Shown here piece by piece: positions 14,601-26,933 of a stretch of DNA of 64,000 nucleotides (the first letter of the stretch is position 1; every line of letters starts with the position of its first letter). The stretch is taken from the NCBI GenBank assembly GCA_036172245.1, contig JAYWIR010000039.1:1798001-1862000 (forward strand). Reading direction: 5' to 3'. This DNA is from Raillietiella orientalis. Its lineage: Eukaryota. Under the pieces are notes generated by a model that saw nothing but the letters and a program-made list of their open reading frames with translations, was not told the origin of the DNA and did no database searches. The translations under genes were made by a program, and so were the position numbers.

Positions 14601-17600
14601 GCATTATATATCTGGATGAATGCAAAGTGCAGGCCTGCAACTATCGGTTGTTGGTAAATTCTTAATAATGCATAAGTTGCAGTTTCAGGCGGAAGCTGGG
14701 CCATACCCGGAAAAAGCACTTTTTGCATCCCACGTTTTCGCGGATGAAAAACGAATCCAGATATTGCAAAACAAGGAAAATAAAGATGGCATTCAAACTT
14801 TCCGTTGTTCGTGAGCCTTCGGAGACGACTTTTGTTTCCTGAGGAATTCAGTGCTAGGTTCCTATAGCAGGCCGAAAAATGTGCAAGTTCGCTGTTGCGA
14901 TCAGCTGAGAAGCTTTCGGTTCCGGGTGTGCGCGAGAGGTTCACCGTGGAAACAGGATACGCTTTGCAGAGCACCGTACTTTGGCGCAACTTGCTTTCCA
15001 AGTGTATTTCCTCCTTTTAAACAATATTAATTACTGAAACTCTGGTAACTTACATCCGTGTGTATGGAGCAGCGTTTTTCATCTGTTTCTCTGCTAAGCG
15101 GAAATATGCAACAGTTAGAACGCGGAGTTTGGCACGGATCTTGTGAAAACTGACTGCTTTTTGTGCGTCCTGCTTATTGATCGAGGGAAGTAATTAAGCG
15201 GTTGGAAAACAGTAATTACAAGCATTTATCCAGTTGGGCGTAGCGAGCGATTGTCGTATTCGAGAAAGAGAAAGTGGGGTTCCACAGAGATAATTCTGTG
15301 TTCCATGCCATATCTGCAACTTGGATGTAAAAGAGTAAACACCACAAAAATTGATTTCCGGGATAAACGGAAAGAAAAACAAATAGGAATTGAAAATAAA
15401 AAGCATTGGAGGAATCAGAGAAACTGGTGAGCGCTAGAGTGCCAAAACTGGAACAAATGTACGTCTTTTGGGCCATGTACGTCTTTTCATCACAAACGAT
15501 GGGGAAGTCGGATCACCGCGATAGTTTGCGGCTCTCGGTCCAAAAAACCTAGTTGTCGAGGTACCTGCTGCCGAGAAGAGTTTTAATTTATTACTGGGAA
15601 ATACGCTAAAAGGGCAAAAAACAAAACTACGCAACCACGTGATACTTCCGGACAAACTGCGCACGTGCTGGGTAAAAACAGTGTGCGTAATCCCCGACTA
15701 CTCACGAGACGGGGAGACGGACAGATCTGTTTCTGACAGATGAAGAAAAGCGTGGGAGGTGGTAACAGGACAAGAGTCGGGAACCGCCTCAAAGAAGCAT
15801 CCCTCCTCCGCGTTCCGATACCGCGAGGGTTGTAGTCATCAGTCCGTGAAGCGCTTTCGGTTGAGCTGCTGCGATAGCAGCCTGCGGTTTGAAATGTGCA
15901 AACGTCTATAACATGGTTGCTGCTTCAGAAAAATGGCGACGATGATAAAAACAACAACAATAATTGGTCATTTCCCCTGCCTTTTTTTCGTCAGTTCGGC
16001 GGATGGAAACCACTGTACGATCGGCCAGGTGGTCTCTGGCCCCGTTCTCAGACCAAAGATGAAGGAAAATGAAATCCGAACAAATCTCATCTCCCTCCTT
16101 CCTTTATTCCCCCCTCACCCTCCCTCCCTCCACCTCAAGCTTCCTCCTCGGTTTGAGAGTTCTGGTAGTGTTTATGTCATTTGCGAACTGCAATGAGATA
16201 TCAGGGGGCGAAGCAACCCGACAGGTCAAAGTATTCCTCCTTTCCTTTTTTTCTCGTGAAACGAAGGGAGCATTTTCCTGGATTGAAGGTTCGCGACGCG
16301 CACTGGCGACGTCACTGTGCCATTTTTCTTTTTTTGCGGGCACGTAGGTCAAAAATAAACAAGTGACACAGGTGGTGGATGGGATAGGTAGTGAGGTGAG
16401 GAAAACTAAGTAGGAGCTCGGATGGCACTTCGAACAGTTCCAGGATGGATACTGCAAATCGACGCAAGATCAGATGACCTCGAGAACCCCGGCTGTAGAC
16501 CCCCGACGGAATCCCAGTCCTCCGCGATCTCAGCGAACCGTTCGTCTACGCTTGGCAACCGTCTCAACGGCTTCCTCTTGTTCCTCGACTATCAAGGAGT
16601 TATGAACGCCAGCACGGGATGCAGAAAAATAGTTTTGCTGAAGATGCATGTGTGCGCGTGGTGCACGCGGTGTGTGCGCGTACGTCCACTCGCGTGCAAC
16701 AGAACGGAGCGTATTCAGTTTCCTGTGTGCTAGCTGTGCAGCCATGTCCGCTGCCATGTAACGTCGCAGCCTCCCGAACAAGATATTACACCATAACGGG
16801 ATACGTTCCAAGTATGTTGTTATCCCCGACTCTAGGTGCGTGCGATTCCCGCAAGGTGTTCCATGGGGAGAGGGTTGGAGACTTGGCTTTCGCGCTGGCT
16901 GATTCCAGCGGCTGCCGTTCGAAGCATACTTGCCGCTTCCACGAACGAAATCTCCAGACCTCAGCTCCAGCGATTTGAGGGGCACACGGACGGTTAACAC
17001 GTCGCCTCCCTGCCCCCATTTTGGGATGAAGATGAGGACAGTGCGGGATTCAAGGGAAAGAGGGGTGGGGCTTAAGGGGAAGGTCGTGCTAAAATAGCAG
17101 CGGTAGCAGAAGGACGAGGACACCGGGAGGTCAGGTTGAGGAGAAAAGCGCGCGCACCTTCTCGAGTACTCCGTGGGCAAGGGGTGACGGCGAGCAGCTG
17201 CGGCCGAAATCTGGTAGTTCCCAGTCGTATTTCTTCCCCGGCTGTAGATGGGCGAGCGGATGGGCAGGAGAGAAGGGAATCTGATTTAGAGGGCCTCTGG
17301 TTCTCTCAGGCTGAGTTTGCAACGACCTCCTTCCCCTCCACTTTCCTCCTCTTTACCGTTCTCGCCCTTGAGGACAGTGAGAACTCCCCTCCTCCCGCAT
17401 GCTCTCTGCTGCACTGCTTGCAGCCACAGCATCAGAGCCCCAGGGTCAGCATGGGCACTCCAGGCCCTCCTCCCCTTTGCTATTTTATTTCTTCTGATTT
17501 TTTCTGGGCGAGAAATCCTCCCCCCAGTCGCCCCCTTCTCTCCTCAATCCCGTCCAACAGTATGCGTGAGCAAGTCGCTTGACTTTTCCAGGTGTGGAGA

Positions 17601-20600
17601 CCTTCCTCTCCCTCTTCTTCCTTTTTCCTTCGTCTTCCCTCCCTTCCTCCTCCTCCTCCATCACGCAGGCAGCGGTTGCTAACAAGGATGGCGGCAACGG
17701 CGATTCTTCGTTTCTTGGAACCGCCGGATCGACCACCCCTCCCTCCCGCCTTGTCTGCGTCCTTGCCGGCTGGTCCCCTCTCCCCCAAACTCTTCTCTCT
17801 CTCTCTCTCTCTCTACGTCATCGCCGTCTCCGGCATCGCCATCGTCGCTTGGGGCGCGCGTCTTCTCTCCCTGCACGTCGTCGGCGACGAGGAACCCCGC
17901 CGAAGATCCACGCTCAGAGCTGGCTGAGCAGACGGCAGGAGGTCTGGGAGGAGGGGTTCGTCCAGGAAGCTGGACCTAGATATGGCACGAGGGAAGAAGG
18001 CGACTTTCCACGAGCGCGATTCTCCTCCCCCCTTGTGGTCTCCTCTGAACGACCGAACCGGACTTTGGCATGTCCTCTCGCTTCGAATGTCCACAGCGAG
18101 GGGCCTGCGACCCGCTGTCGGAGGGGTGGGGGGCTATGACCAGATGTTGCATCCACCATCGTGAGCGGCCTCCGCATAGCCCAATGACCGGGAGGTGGTG
18201 GCTTCCTGTGGCGAGCTCCACGTGTAGCAGCCGTGGTACGGAGTGGGGACTCAGCAGGCTGGCGGGTGCGTAGTGGTGATAGTTGGGAGGTGTGGCGCAA
18301 GCCCGGCCGCAAGAGACGCGTTCTCTGCTGCTTCTTTTCCCCCGCGAGGTGGGCAACTTCGTGGAGGACGCAGGGCAGGACCACCGCGACGAATCGAAAG
18401 GACAGAGGAAGAGGAGCAAGCGAAAGTCAGGATCCTGCATCCTCCCTTTCCGCTCCCAGCCGGGATTTCGACGCCACAGGCTGGCTGAGAAGAGGACGGC
18501 GTCAACGGAGAGAAGTCAAGGGGAGAGGAGGCGAGCGGGCGCTCGACCAGAGGCTCCACAGGACTTCGGGACGGTAACGGTCTCTGACCGCCACCCGAGC
18601 CCTGTGCCAACCAGCACACGTCTGCTCACGGCCAGGAAGGGCACCGCCTCCGCTGCTGCGAGCAGTCGGACGCCCTCCAACGCTCCTGCGCGCGAGATGC
18701 GAGTCCACAGTGGAAGCTCCGGGGCGCACGCGCTACTTGCAGAGCCCAGGGCCATGAGACGAGTGGTGACTCCTCAGTGGCGGCGGCGGAGCCCTCCCAA
18801 TATCGCGGGGAAAGTGGATGAGGGAGCCGAGAAGGGCACTCAGGAACGCGCCTTCTTTAAAGCTGCCCCGGGATGGATCAGCCCATAGAGTTCACCGGGC
18901 CGGTCGAAGCGCTGTCTGTGAAGGAGTGCAGCGGGTAAAGCGGGAGGGAAGGGAAAGGAACGGTGCTCACCACAGGCTGCAGGAATTCGGTTCGGGGTTT
19001 CTCCTGCCTTGAGTGGGCAGGACGCTAGGCTGGCCACGCGTCCTTCACCCTCCGCCGATCGCCGCGAAAGGAAGGCGCGAAGGGAAGGGCGGCGTCCCCT
19101 CCTTGCTTTTCCACGTACGAGAGCGAAATGCAGTGGACTTTGCTTTCTGCACCGCAGCTTTGCGCGAAGGACGGACGCAGCAGCAGCGGCGATGGCAGAG
19201 GATGCGGCAACGTACTTGCAACCCTCAACACCGCACATCCCATCCATCGCACACGCGCCAGCAAAGTTAGCAGAGCCTGCAGTCAGAAATGAGGGGTCAC
19301 AAATACCTGAAACGCCGCACGAGGGCGGTAGGCGAAGAACGGGGCAACGTGAACTTGTATCTTGTCCTTCGTTCGTATCAACTCCTGCACAGAGTCCTCT
19401 CCCCGGGCCGTCTCCGAAACGGCACACCGGTGACACACGCCCTCCGTCCGCAGCCGCGCAGGGAAGTACTTCCCGTCGCCAGGCTACGCAGGGGACACGG
19501 AAACGGTTTCGACATCCGCCGGATGATCTGCACTCACAGCATTTCAGCGTGGAGAAAACATCTCTTTTCCGGGAAGCGAACGCAAACGAGGAACATTACT
19601 ACAGCCTGCTGCTCTCCATTGCGCAGTGGCGTATGAAGGGGAAATGTGGCTCCTGCGAAGCCGACGCGCACGGTGTGAGAGGGGCTACAAACGCCTGTAT
19701 CGTGAAACGAACTCAGCTAATTGTGGGAGCAAACAATCGCACTCATTTCCTTTGCCAGTTTCCTCCCCCCCCCCCTCCGTTCCCCCTTCCTTCCCCACCA
19801 CCACCTGAGCATACCGGATCGGAACAGTTCGAGAGTAGGCGGAAGATCTGTTTCCTCGAACATCTGCTTTCATCTTGTAGCATGCTAACGCGAAACGAGC
19901 ACAGGCGCTGTTAGCAGTACTTTCGACTAAAACGTTCCGTGTCGAGCTGGCTCGTCGTCCCACGTCACTGCAAGTTTGGTAAAATGGCTGACGCGAACGT
20001 GCTCTGAGCGCATTGTTGAGAAGCGTGCTGTCCGGCACGGTGCTTCCTCCATCGTTTTCGTCAGGGCTGCCCCCAGCCGCGGCGGGAAACTCGAAGGACT
20101 GCTCGGCCTCACTCAAAAAAAACACTGCCCCGGAGTTGCTCTGAAGTACTCACTCACTCTGCTGAATTCTCTCAGCTCGGAGAGCATCGTTGCCAGCGAT
20201 TAGTGGCAAATAGCAAACCCTGAATTGCCTGTTTTTTCCAGGCGACGTCGATCCCACGAAAGCTGTTGCAGCGTTTCTGTCAGTCGATCGAAAGGCAGAT
20301 GGAATGCCAATGCGATCCGTATGGGATCGTGACGTGCGTGCTCGGGAAAAATAAATTGTTTTTGCACGATGCTAATGAGTATTGATTTCGGAGTGTTAAA
20401 GGTAATTCAAGGAGGCTCCAAATACACGTTTGTCAGCACCCGATTTAATAATGATCACGTTGTCTGGTTCTTTTAACTGAAAAAAATGCCAATGCAAACA
20501 GCCTATCCGGTCACTGGTCATGGTTTTGTTTTGTTTTGTTTTTCAGTTTCTTAGGTGTGCAGATGGCATTCAATTACCGGAAAGCTTGGTCTGCTAAAGA

Positions 20601-23419
20601 TAATCTTCAGCTACTGAGAAGTTTCCGACAAGAGAAAATGAAATCTTGGAAAGGGGAGCAGAGGCGCATTGTGCATCATTTCTTGAAGGGTGCGACCTTC
20701 AGGAATTCATGGACATCCAAAATAGAGTTGATGGTTCGGAATTCGTAGCGCGCTGCTTTGGCTGTAGGATCCTTCAAACTCGTTTGTTTCTCGTCCCAGG
20801 CACTTCGGAGGAGCAATAGCAACCCAGTGATTTTCACCGATTTAAATGCAAGAAGAGGGAGGGAGGGTCATGAGCTCCGACCTGATACCTACTTATGGTA
20901 TCCAATCTTCCTATGCATCAGCCCTCATCTACCGGAGGAAGCACCCACATTCATGGATCAACTCGATCCTTCGTACTGTAGCATTCGAAGCCGAACCTAG
21001 GGTCCCCCGAAGAGCTCCGGAGAGCTCGCCAACCTCGTGCGTCCCACTGCTGCTGCGGTCGCCCGATCGAGCGGCGATCGAAACGCGTTCTCAGCCAGGC
21101 CAGGAACAGACGCTTGTTGAAAAGAGCTTCCCTCCTCGCTACCAGGCGACCCACAGGGCGTTGCAGCTGGACTCCGGGGCGCCGGGTAGCAGAGGAAACG
21201 CAGGCGCTTCACTCGCTGATCGACCGTGCCTCTCTCTCAGAGCCGACTCGGCTTCTCAGGAGAGGGCGACTTTCTCTGAGGACTTGCATTTGAAGGACTC
21301 AGGCAGGACAGAAGAAAGGGAGGAAGGAGCGAGCTGCATTCCCGAACGAATGGGAAGAATGTTCTCGGAAACGACCCGACAGTCGTTTCCTCTTCCGCTC
21401 TGGACTCTGGGAACTGAGGACTTCTCCCCCTCCCTTCTCCCTCTAGCTCGTTTCTCCCCCCTTCCACGAGCCTGAGACGTTGCCAAGGATGAAGGGATAC
21501 AGGGAGGAATGGACCACTTTTCCGTTGAATTACCGGAGATAAACTCTCTACTAGAGCAAGGTCGCGCTCCCTCCTTCCCGCATGGAGGGCACGACGCTCC
21601 CCTAGTGGTGAGCGACTCAGGATGACGATCTGCTCCAGGATGGCGTGGCGACGGGCTCGATTGTTTCAGTTTCTCAGTTATGAATATGGCCTTCAGTCAT
21701 CAGAAAGTCTCCCCGGTAGTGGGGAGGGGAGAGGGCACTTGGAGACGTCTGATGCGAACTCTTCAGGGTACGACTTCTCGCCATCCTCCTAAACACTAGC
21801 CCAGAAGCAGGGCACCAGTTGGAGCTCTCTAATTCCGGGCAACCATCCGCGCGGGCGATCGCATTTTTGATCTTTCCATTCTAGCCTCTCCGCTGTCTTC
21901 TTTAGGCAGTGTGTCTCAAGTACAGATGCATACAGGAAGGGTAAGGGAGGATGCGGTAAGTAACAAAAGACCAAAAAGAACAACGGACGGACGGCTGGCC
22001 GGTGTGGCCGGGGAAAGAGCAGCACATAGGGAGACCATGAACTCCATGAAGACACCCTCTGCTCGAGGTCACCCGCAAACGTAGGCACTGTGTAGGTGGC
22101 GAGAGAGGACGGCAAGCGTGAGGCAGTAAGGACTGTCTAGTGTGGGGATATGCGTCCAGATGGACCATGGAGGAAAGAGGAGCGTCTGTCTCGAGGCGTT
22201 CATGCCCCAGCCTCTTCAGCAATTGAGGCTTACTAGGCTCTCTGGGATCGTATGGGCAGATTCCACCCTTCCAAAACTAAGCTCGAGGTGGCAGCAGAAG
22301 GGGGTCATGACTAGCAGCCAGGGACGAGCCGGTCTGGGGGTTTCTCATCCCTTAGGGGTACCTGAGGTATCAGCTGGAAAGTGAGGAGAGGAAGCAGTCA
22401 CGACAAAGAGTTAAAAAGGAGACACCGGGGAGGGGGAGCCAACAGGAAACAGCCGTTGCTCATCTCTACCCGCCTGCGTCAGGCTCCGTGCATGCAGCAG
22501 AAGTCTCCTTCTAATTAGAGATTCTGACTGTTTCTACCTTGGATGCACCGAAGAAGATAAGAGAACAGTTCGTAAGGAATGTGATCGGAAGGGTCGTCTA
22601 ACCAGGAGAAAGTTAGCAAGGTGGAGGAACTAGCCACGTAGGAGAGTCGCACATGTATGGTCTTGCTTCACTGCTTGAGGAACACGAAAAGTCCTTAACC
22701 GCAGGACGCTGTACTTTTTTTTCCTTTTTTTTTCCTTTGCTCTAAGTATTCCTCATTGTTTCGTTGTTGGTTCCCACGCAGTTGTGGCACCCATCTACCT
22801 TATTCCTGAGTGCACCGGCTCTACCATCTTTCTTGTGTGCAAATTCCTCTCCACAAAGTGAAAAAAAAAAAAATGAACCTCGCGGACTCAGAGAGAGGAA
22901 GGACTTCAAGGAAGCACGGAGCAGGGGCAGAGACGCACTCTCTGGATTTTCCTGGAGCATGCCAGGAGCGAAGGAAACTTTCCTACCAGTGGCAAAAAAA
23001 AATGAGGGGAGGGGGAAGGTGCTCTGCACAGCATAAAACATGGAGGAAAAAAAAAAAAAAGAAAAGAAAAGAAAAAGATATAAACGTGACATCAAGAGAA
23101 AACAAACCGGGATTGGGAAAGTGACAAGTGGAAAACTACTGCATTTAATAATCTGAATAGAAGTTGATGGAAAAGCAAAGTCATTTCATCCTAGCAGGGA
23201 GGGAGCGAGAACAGACCTCACAATTCATTAAAGCGACGATTAATCCATAGAAAAAGCCCTGTTCAAAAAAACAGATGGCAAAATCCAATTGAATCCATTA
23301 AATGAGTGCCTAGGGGTATGAATGCAGTCTTGTGCTCAGATCTTGATCCTTTTCGGTGTTTCCCATAAAAATATCAGTCAAATTTCCAGTCAAGGTCATC
23401 TGCTGTATCCTTGCAAATG

Positions 23420-23497
23420 CACACACACACACAGATATATATAGATATATATATGTGTGTGTGTGTATATGTATATGTATATATACATACATACATA
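23420..23497. repeat. Compound CA/TA/TG microsatellite
   Basis: (CA)n, (TA)n, (TG)n and (TACA)n blocks in series. Confidence 0.9.
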
Positions 23498-24514
23498 AGA
23501 ATTGCTGTGATATTAAATTAGTAAGGATTATTATTTCTTTTAATTTAAGAGTCTAAGGAACACCGGAGGTCATATTCTACCAATTAAACGTCTTTCACGA
23601 GTGGTGAAGTTGAACAAACTATGTAGTCTGTAATCCGCTGTATAAACAATATGGGGACAATTTACATTCATGAAGAATTAAAATTCCTTATGAATCTAAT
23701 TATGCAAAAGTCTCATGATTTCATGTAATGATATCAGGCTTTACAAAACGTAGGTTAGCTACAAGAAGGTGCTAGGTGCCACGGTCAGAAATTTCATATT
23801 TGCCAAATATGAATTCTGTTATGTTTTCCCGTTTCTAGTCAAACGTTTCTTTAGCCTTCAGTAGAATGGGAAATGTGGTAATTCTCTTAAAGTGATTACT
23901 GCATTCATTAAACACAGGATTTCACTATTCGAAGACTATTATAGAGAAGAAATTGTCAAAAAAAAAAATATTCAGCGTAAGTGATCCTGCACGGAATTAA
24001 AAATTCAACTCTTCCGATCTGAAACATTAATCTTGAATATTCATAATAAATTCAACACATTCATCAGTCTGAAAACCTTTAGTCAATATGCATGAATTAT
24101 GATATGCACATGTATTTAAAGCTATTTGTCCAAAGATGAAAAAACTGCAAATTGCAAGACACCAGTTAAAGTCATACATCAATACATTCTTCGAAAATGA
24201 AACTTCAATAAAAAGCAATTTCTTCTAGTATGTGGAAGTTTTCCTCCCACAATGTTTTGTAGCATTTTGTTTCGGTGCAACCACAAACATGTTTTAGGAC
24301 TGGTCTTTGTAAATATTAGCGATGATGATGATCCACAACACTGTCTGTGATTCATAAATGCAGAAAAACAATTAACTAAAATATGGCAATCCCTATCGTT
24401 TTTCTTTTTTTTCCTGATTGCAAGATCCTGAAGGCTTACGAACAACTGATCATCCAACTCAGCACAGAATTGATTTTATTCCAAAAACGTGAATGAAGAA
24501 CGTGGAATAGTACT

Positions 24515-24804
24515 GTCACGTGTAAATCAAAATTCCAAAGAACATGACGTCACGCCATACTTTCGAGTGTTTTTATCGAAAGTTATGCTCAAATAGCATG
24601 ACCTACCCAAATTATGATATTATTTGATGAGAACCATAACTTTTCTAAGACAGTTTTTTAAGTTACTCTCTTACAATTGTCACGATTAATATAATACAGC
24701 ATTTCTACCCATCACATTTGGTACATACGGAGACACCATTTTGCTTTGTAGTGCATTCTGATTGGTTAAACTGCCATCGATTGCGTTATCGCTGATTCAC
24801 GTGA
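24515..24804 (+). promoter_or_regulatory. Probable CREBRF promoter: E-box GTCACGTG (24515), CRE TGACGTCA (24545), reverse CCAAT box (24761), TCACGTGA (24797)
   Basis: Four consensus motifs within 290 bp, just upstream of a strong donor AAG|GTAAGT at 25024/25025. Confidence 0.55.
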
Positions 24805-24835
24805 TAATTTTTCAGAACCAAAACATTGTAGTAGA

Positions 24836-25024
24836 ATGGTTTAGAAAAGGAAGCTGTGTGCTGTTATAGTGGTGATATTATATATATTTGAAGTTATCCG
24901 GTTAGAACTTATTGTTTGTTAGCTCATTGTTTTAGAATATTGAAATGAAGTCATCAAATAAAAAGAGGATGTTTATTTAGATTTTGTTCCTTTATCATGT
25001 ATTTTATGCGAACCATGCAGGAAG
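24836..25024 (+). other. Putative 5' UTR exon of CREBRF carrying uORFs
   Basis: Ends in a consensus donor. The frame that would splice in-frame to CREBRF has no ATG. uATGs at 24836, 24945 and 24997. Confidence 0.45.
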
Positions 25025-25857
25025 GTAAGTTGAGTGTGTATTTTACGTTGATATATAATTTTTGAATATTAGTTTCTTTGTTTTTCTTTTTGGTGTTAAG
25101 TGATCGTCTAGTTCGATTCTTCGCTTCCTTTAAATGTTAGTTTTCTTTCTGAATTGCAGTTTTTGCAAGCGTTGAATATAATACTTTCCCGCCAATCACT
25201 AAAGGGACAGCCTGCAGTTGAGATTGTTGAAGGTCATATACAAAATTCTGTTTACATTCTTTCAAGGGATTGGCAAAGAGCCAAACTTTTCTACTGATTG
25301 AGTAGATTTCAATGTGGCGCCTGTTAGTGTCAGTACAATGAAAACATGCTGCAGATATTTAATTTTTTGTCCCACGAACCAGATTTGTTTTTTGTTTAGT
25401 GCCTTTGCTTACAGACTTATGAAATGCCAAATTTTTTTTTAAGCTTAAACGTAGAATGTGGTTTTGTTTTGTTTGTGTACTAACTCGTTTAGGTTTTCGA
25501 GGAAGACTGAATGTTATTTTTAAGTTTCAAATAAATGTGTATTCTAAAGAAGTCATCTATAGGCGTTGTGATGAAGATTGATGTCAGTGCTTCGTGAATG
25601 TGTTTTGCATTAACAGAATATTCTTCCACGAAAATGGTTCATACAGAATTACGTAATCAAGATTAATACGTTTACTGGATTTCCCTATGCTCATAAAACA
25701 TAGACATTAATTTAAATCATTGAAGCATGTTTGCAGAAGTTGCTGAAATGAAATTAATAAACGTCTTTTTTTTTGTGCAGCATCATTATTGCAAACACCA
25801 GCAGTTTACCATCCCTCGGTTTCGACTTCTGTGGACGGCCAACCGTATTATTCAGCG

Positions 25858-25861
<4 letters not shown>

Positions 25862-25888
<27 letters not shown>
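25862..25888 (+). repeat. Poly(T) tract, 27 nt
   Basis: Uninterrupted T run in the putative first intron of CREBRF. Confidence 0.85.
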
Positions 25889-26933
25889 CTTTCTCCAGTA
25901 AAGAATTCCATAAAAAAGCGATAATTTTTCGAACACAGTTTTATCAGTTCCGATTAGTTGATAAGCTGGGTGAAGTTAATATCAACCGTGTGGTCTAGGT
26001 GTAATGTTCATTAGCTTTTATTCATAAGTCGTCATTGGCACCAGTTTCGCCGTGCTATAAGTGAATTATGTCGGCCCCGCTATTTATTATATAAGTTGCG
26101 CAATTGCCTGGCAGTGTGGCTGTCATAATTTACATAATTAACGTGTCACAATATTGTTCCATCTCGTTTCTCCGTCTCCCCCTTTTTTGCCCTGCCTTGT
26201 TTGGGTTCCTTTTTTGTATGCAATACAATACCCATTTACTTTAAAGCATTTCACAAATAAAGCATTGCTCCTTATACTTTACAGATACTATGTATAGTTG
26301 CGCCTATCTTATAAATAGCTCCAAGGTGAATAATTTTCCTTTGTCAAAGAAGAATTACTAGATTCAAAGTTTTTATTTTGAAAAAAGAAGAAGAAAAAAA
26401 AAAAAAAGTCTTGGAAGTAGATTTCCAAGAATTCTTGTGATGCAGAAACACTTCCAGAGATCGCTTTTATTATTCGTATATGATGATGATGGTACGTTGA
26501 TATTTGCAATTGTGAATTTGGCATTCATGCGTGGATGTTCAATCTTTTAAGTGTTCTCGCTTCTCATGTATGTCCGAGGAGTTCTGTTAACTTGAAGTAC
26601 ATCTCGAGTGATGTTTATATGACTGTATAAAGCTATGACTATATATTTGTTTCACGTGGACACCGTTTTCATGGAAAGTAATTTAAAAAAAAAAAAATTG
26701 TACGAAGATGGTTCTGAATTGGCGGGGTTCACAAATGCCCGTATGGTGTTCACGCACCCGCCGTGACTAAAAAGGAAAAAGATGATTTCGTTGACGGACT
26801 GTGCATTTCGTGTAATACATATAGCAAAATGAATTTGTTGAACCCGGTGGTGACAAACTTTCGTTGAATGTCGCTGGCTGCATTCGTCGCATTTTTGTAA
26901 TTTGCCTCGTATCAGTTTAAGGGTATATGGAAA

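Noticed and set aside
15457..15487. 13-bp direct repeat ATGTACGTCTTTT with 5-nt spacer
   Set aside because: Only two copies; simple local duplication, not an array or evident transposon footprint.
15933..22384. Many overlapping ORFs up to 301 aa (e.g. 19009-19914)
   Set aside because: Arg/Pro/Ser/Gly-rich, open on both strands, no motifs; expected from high GC content.
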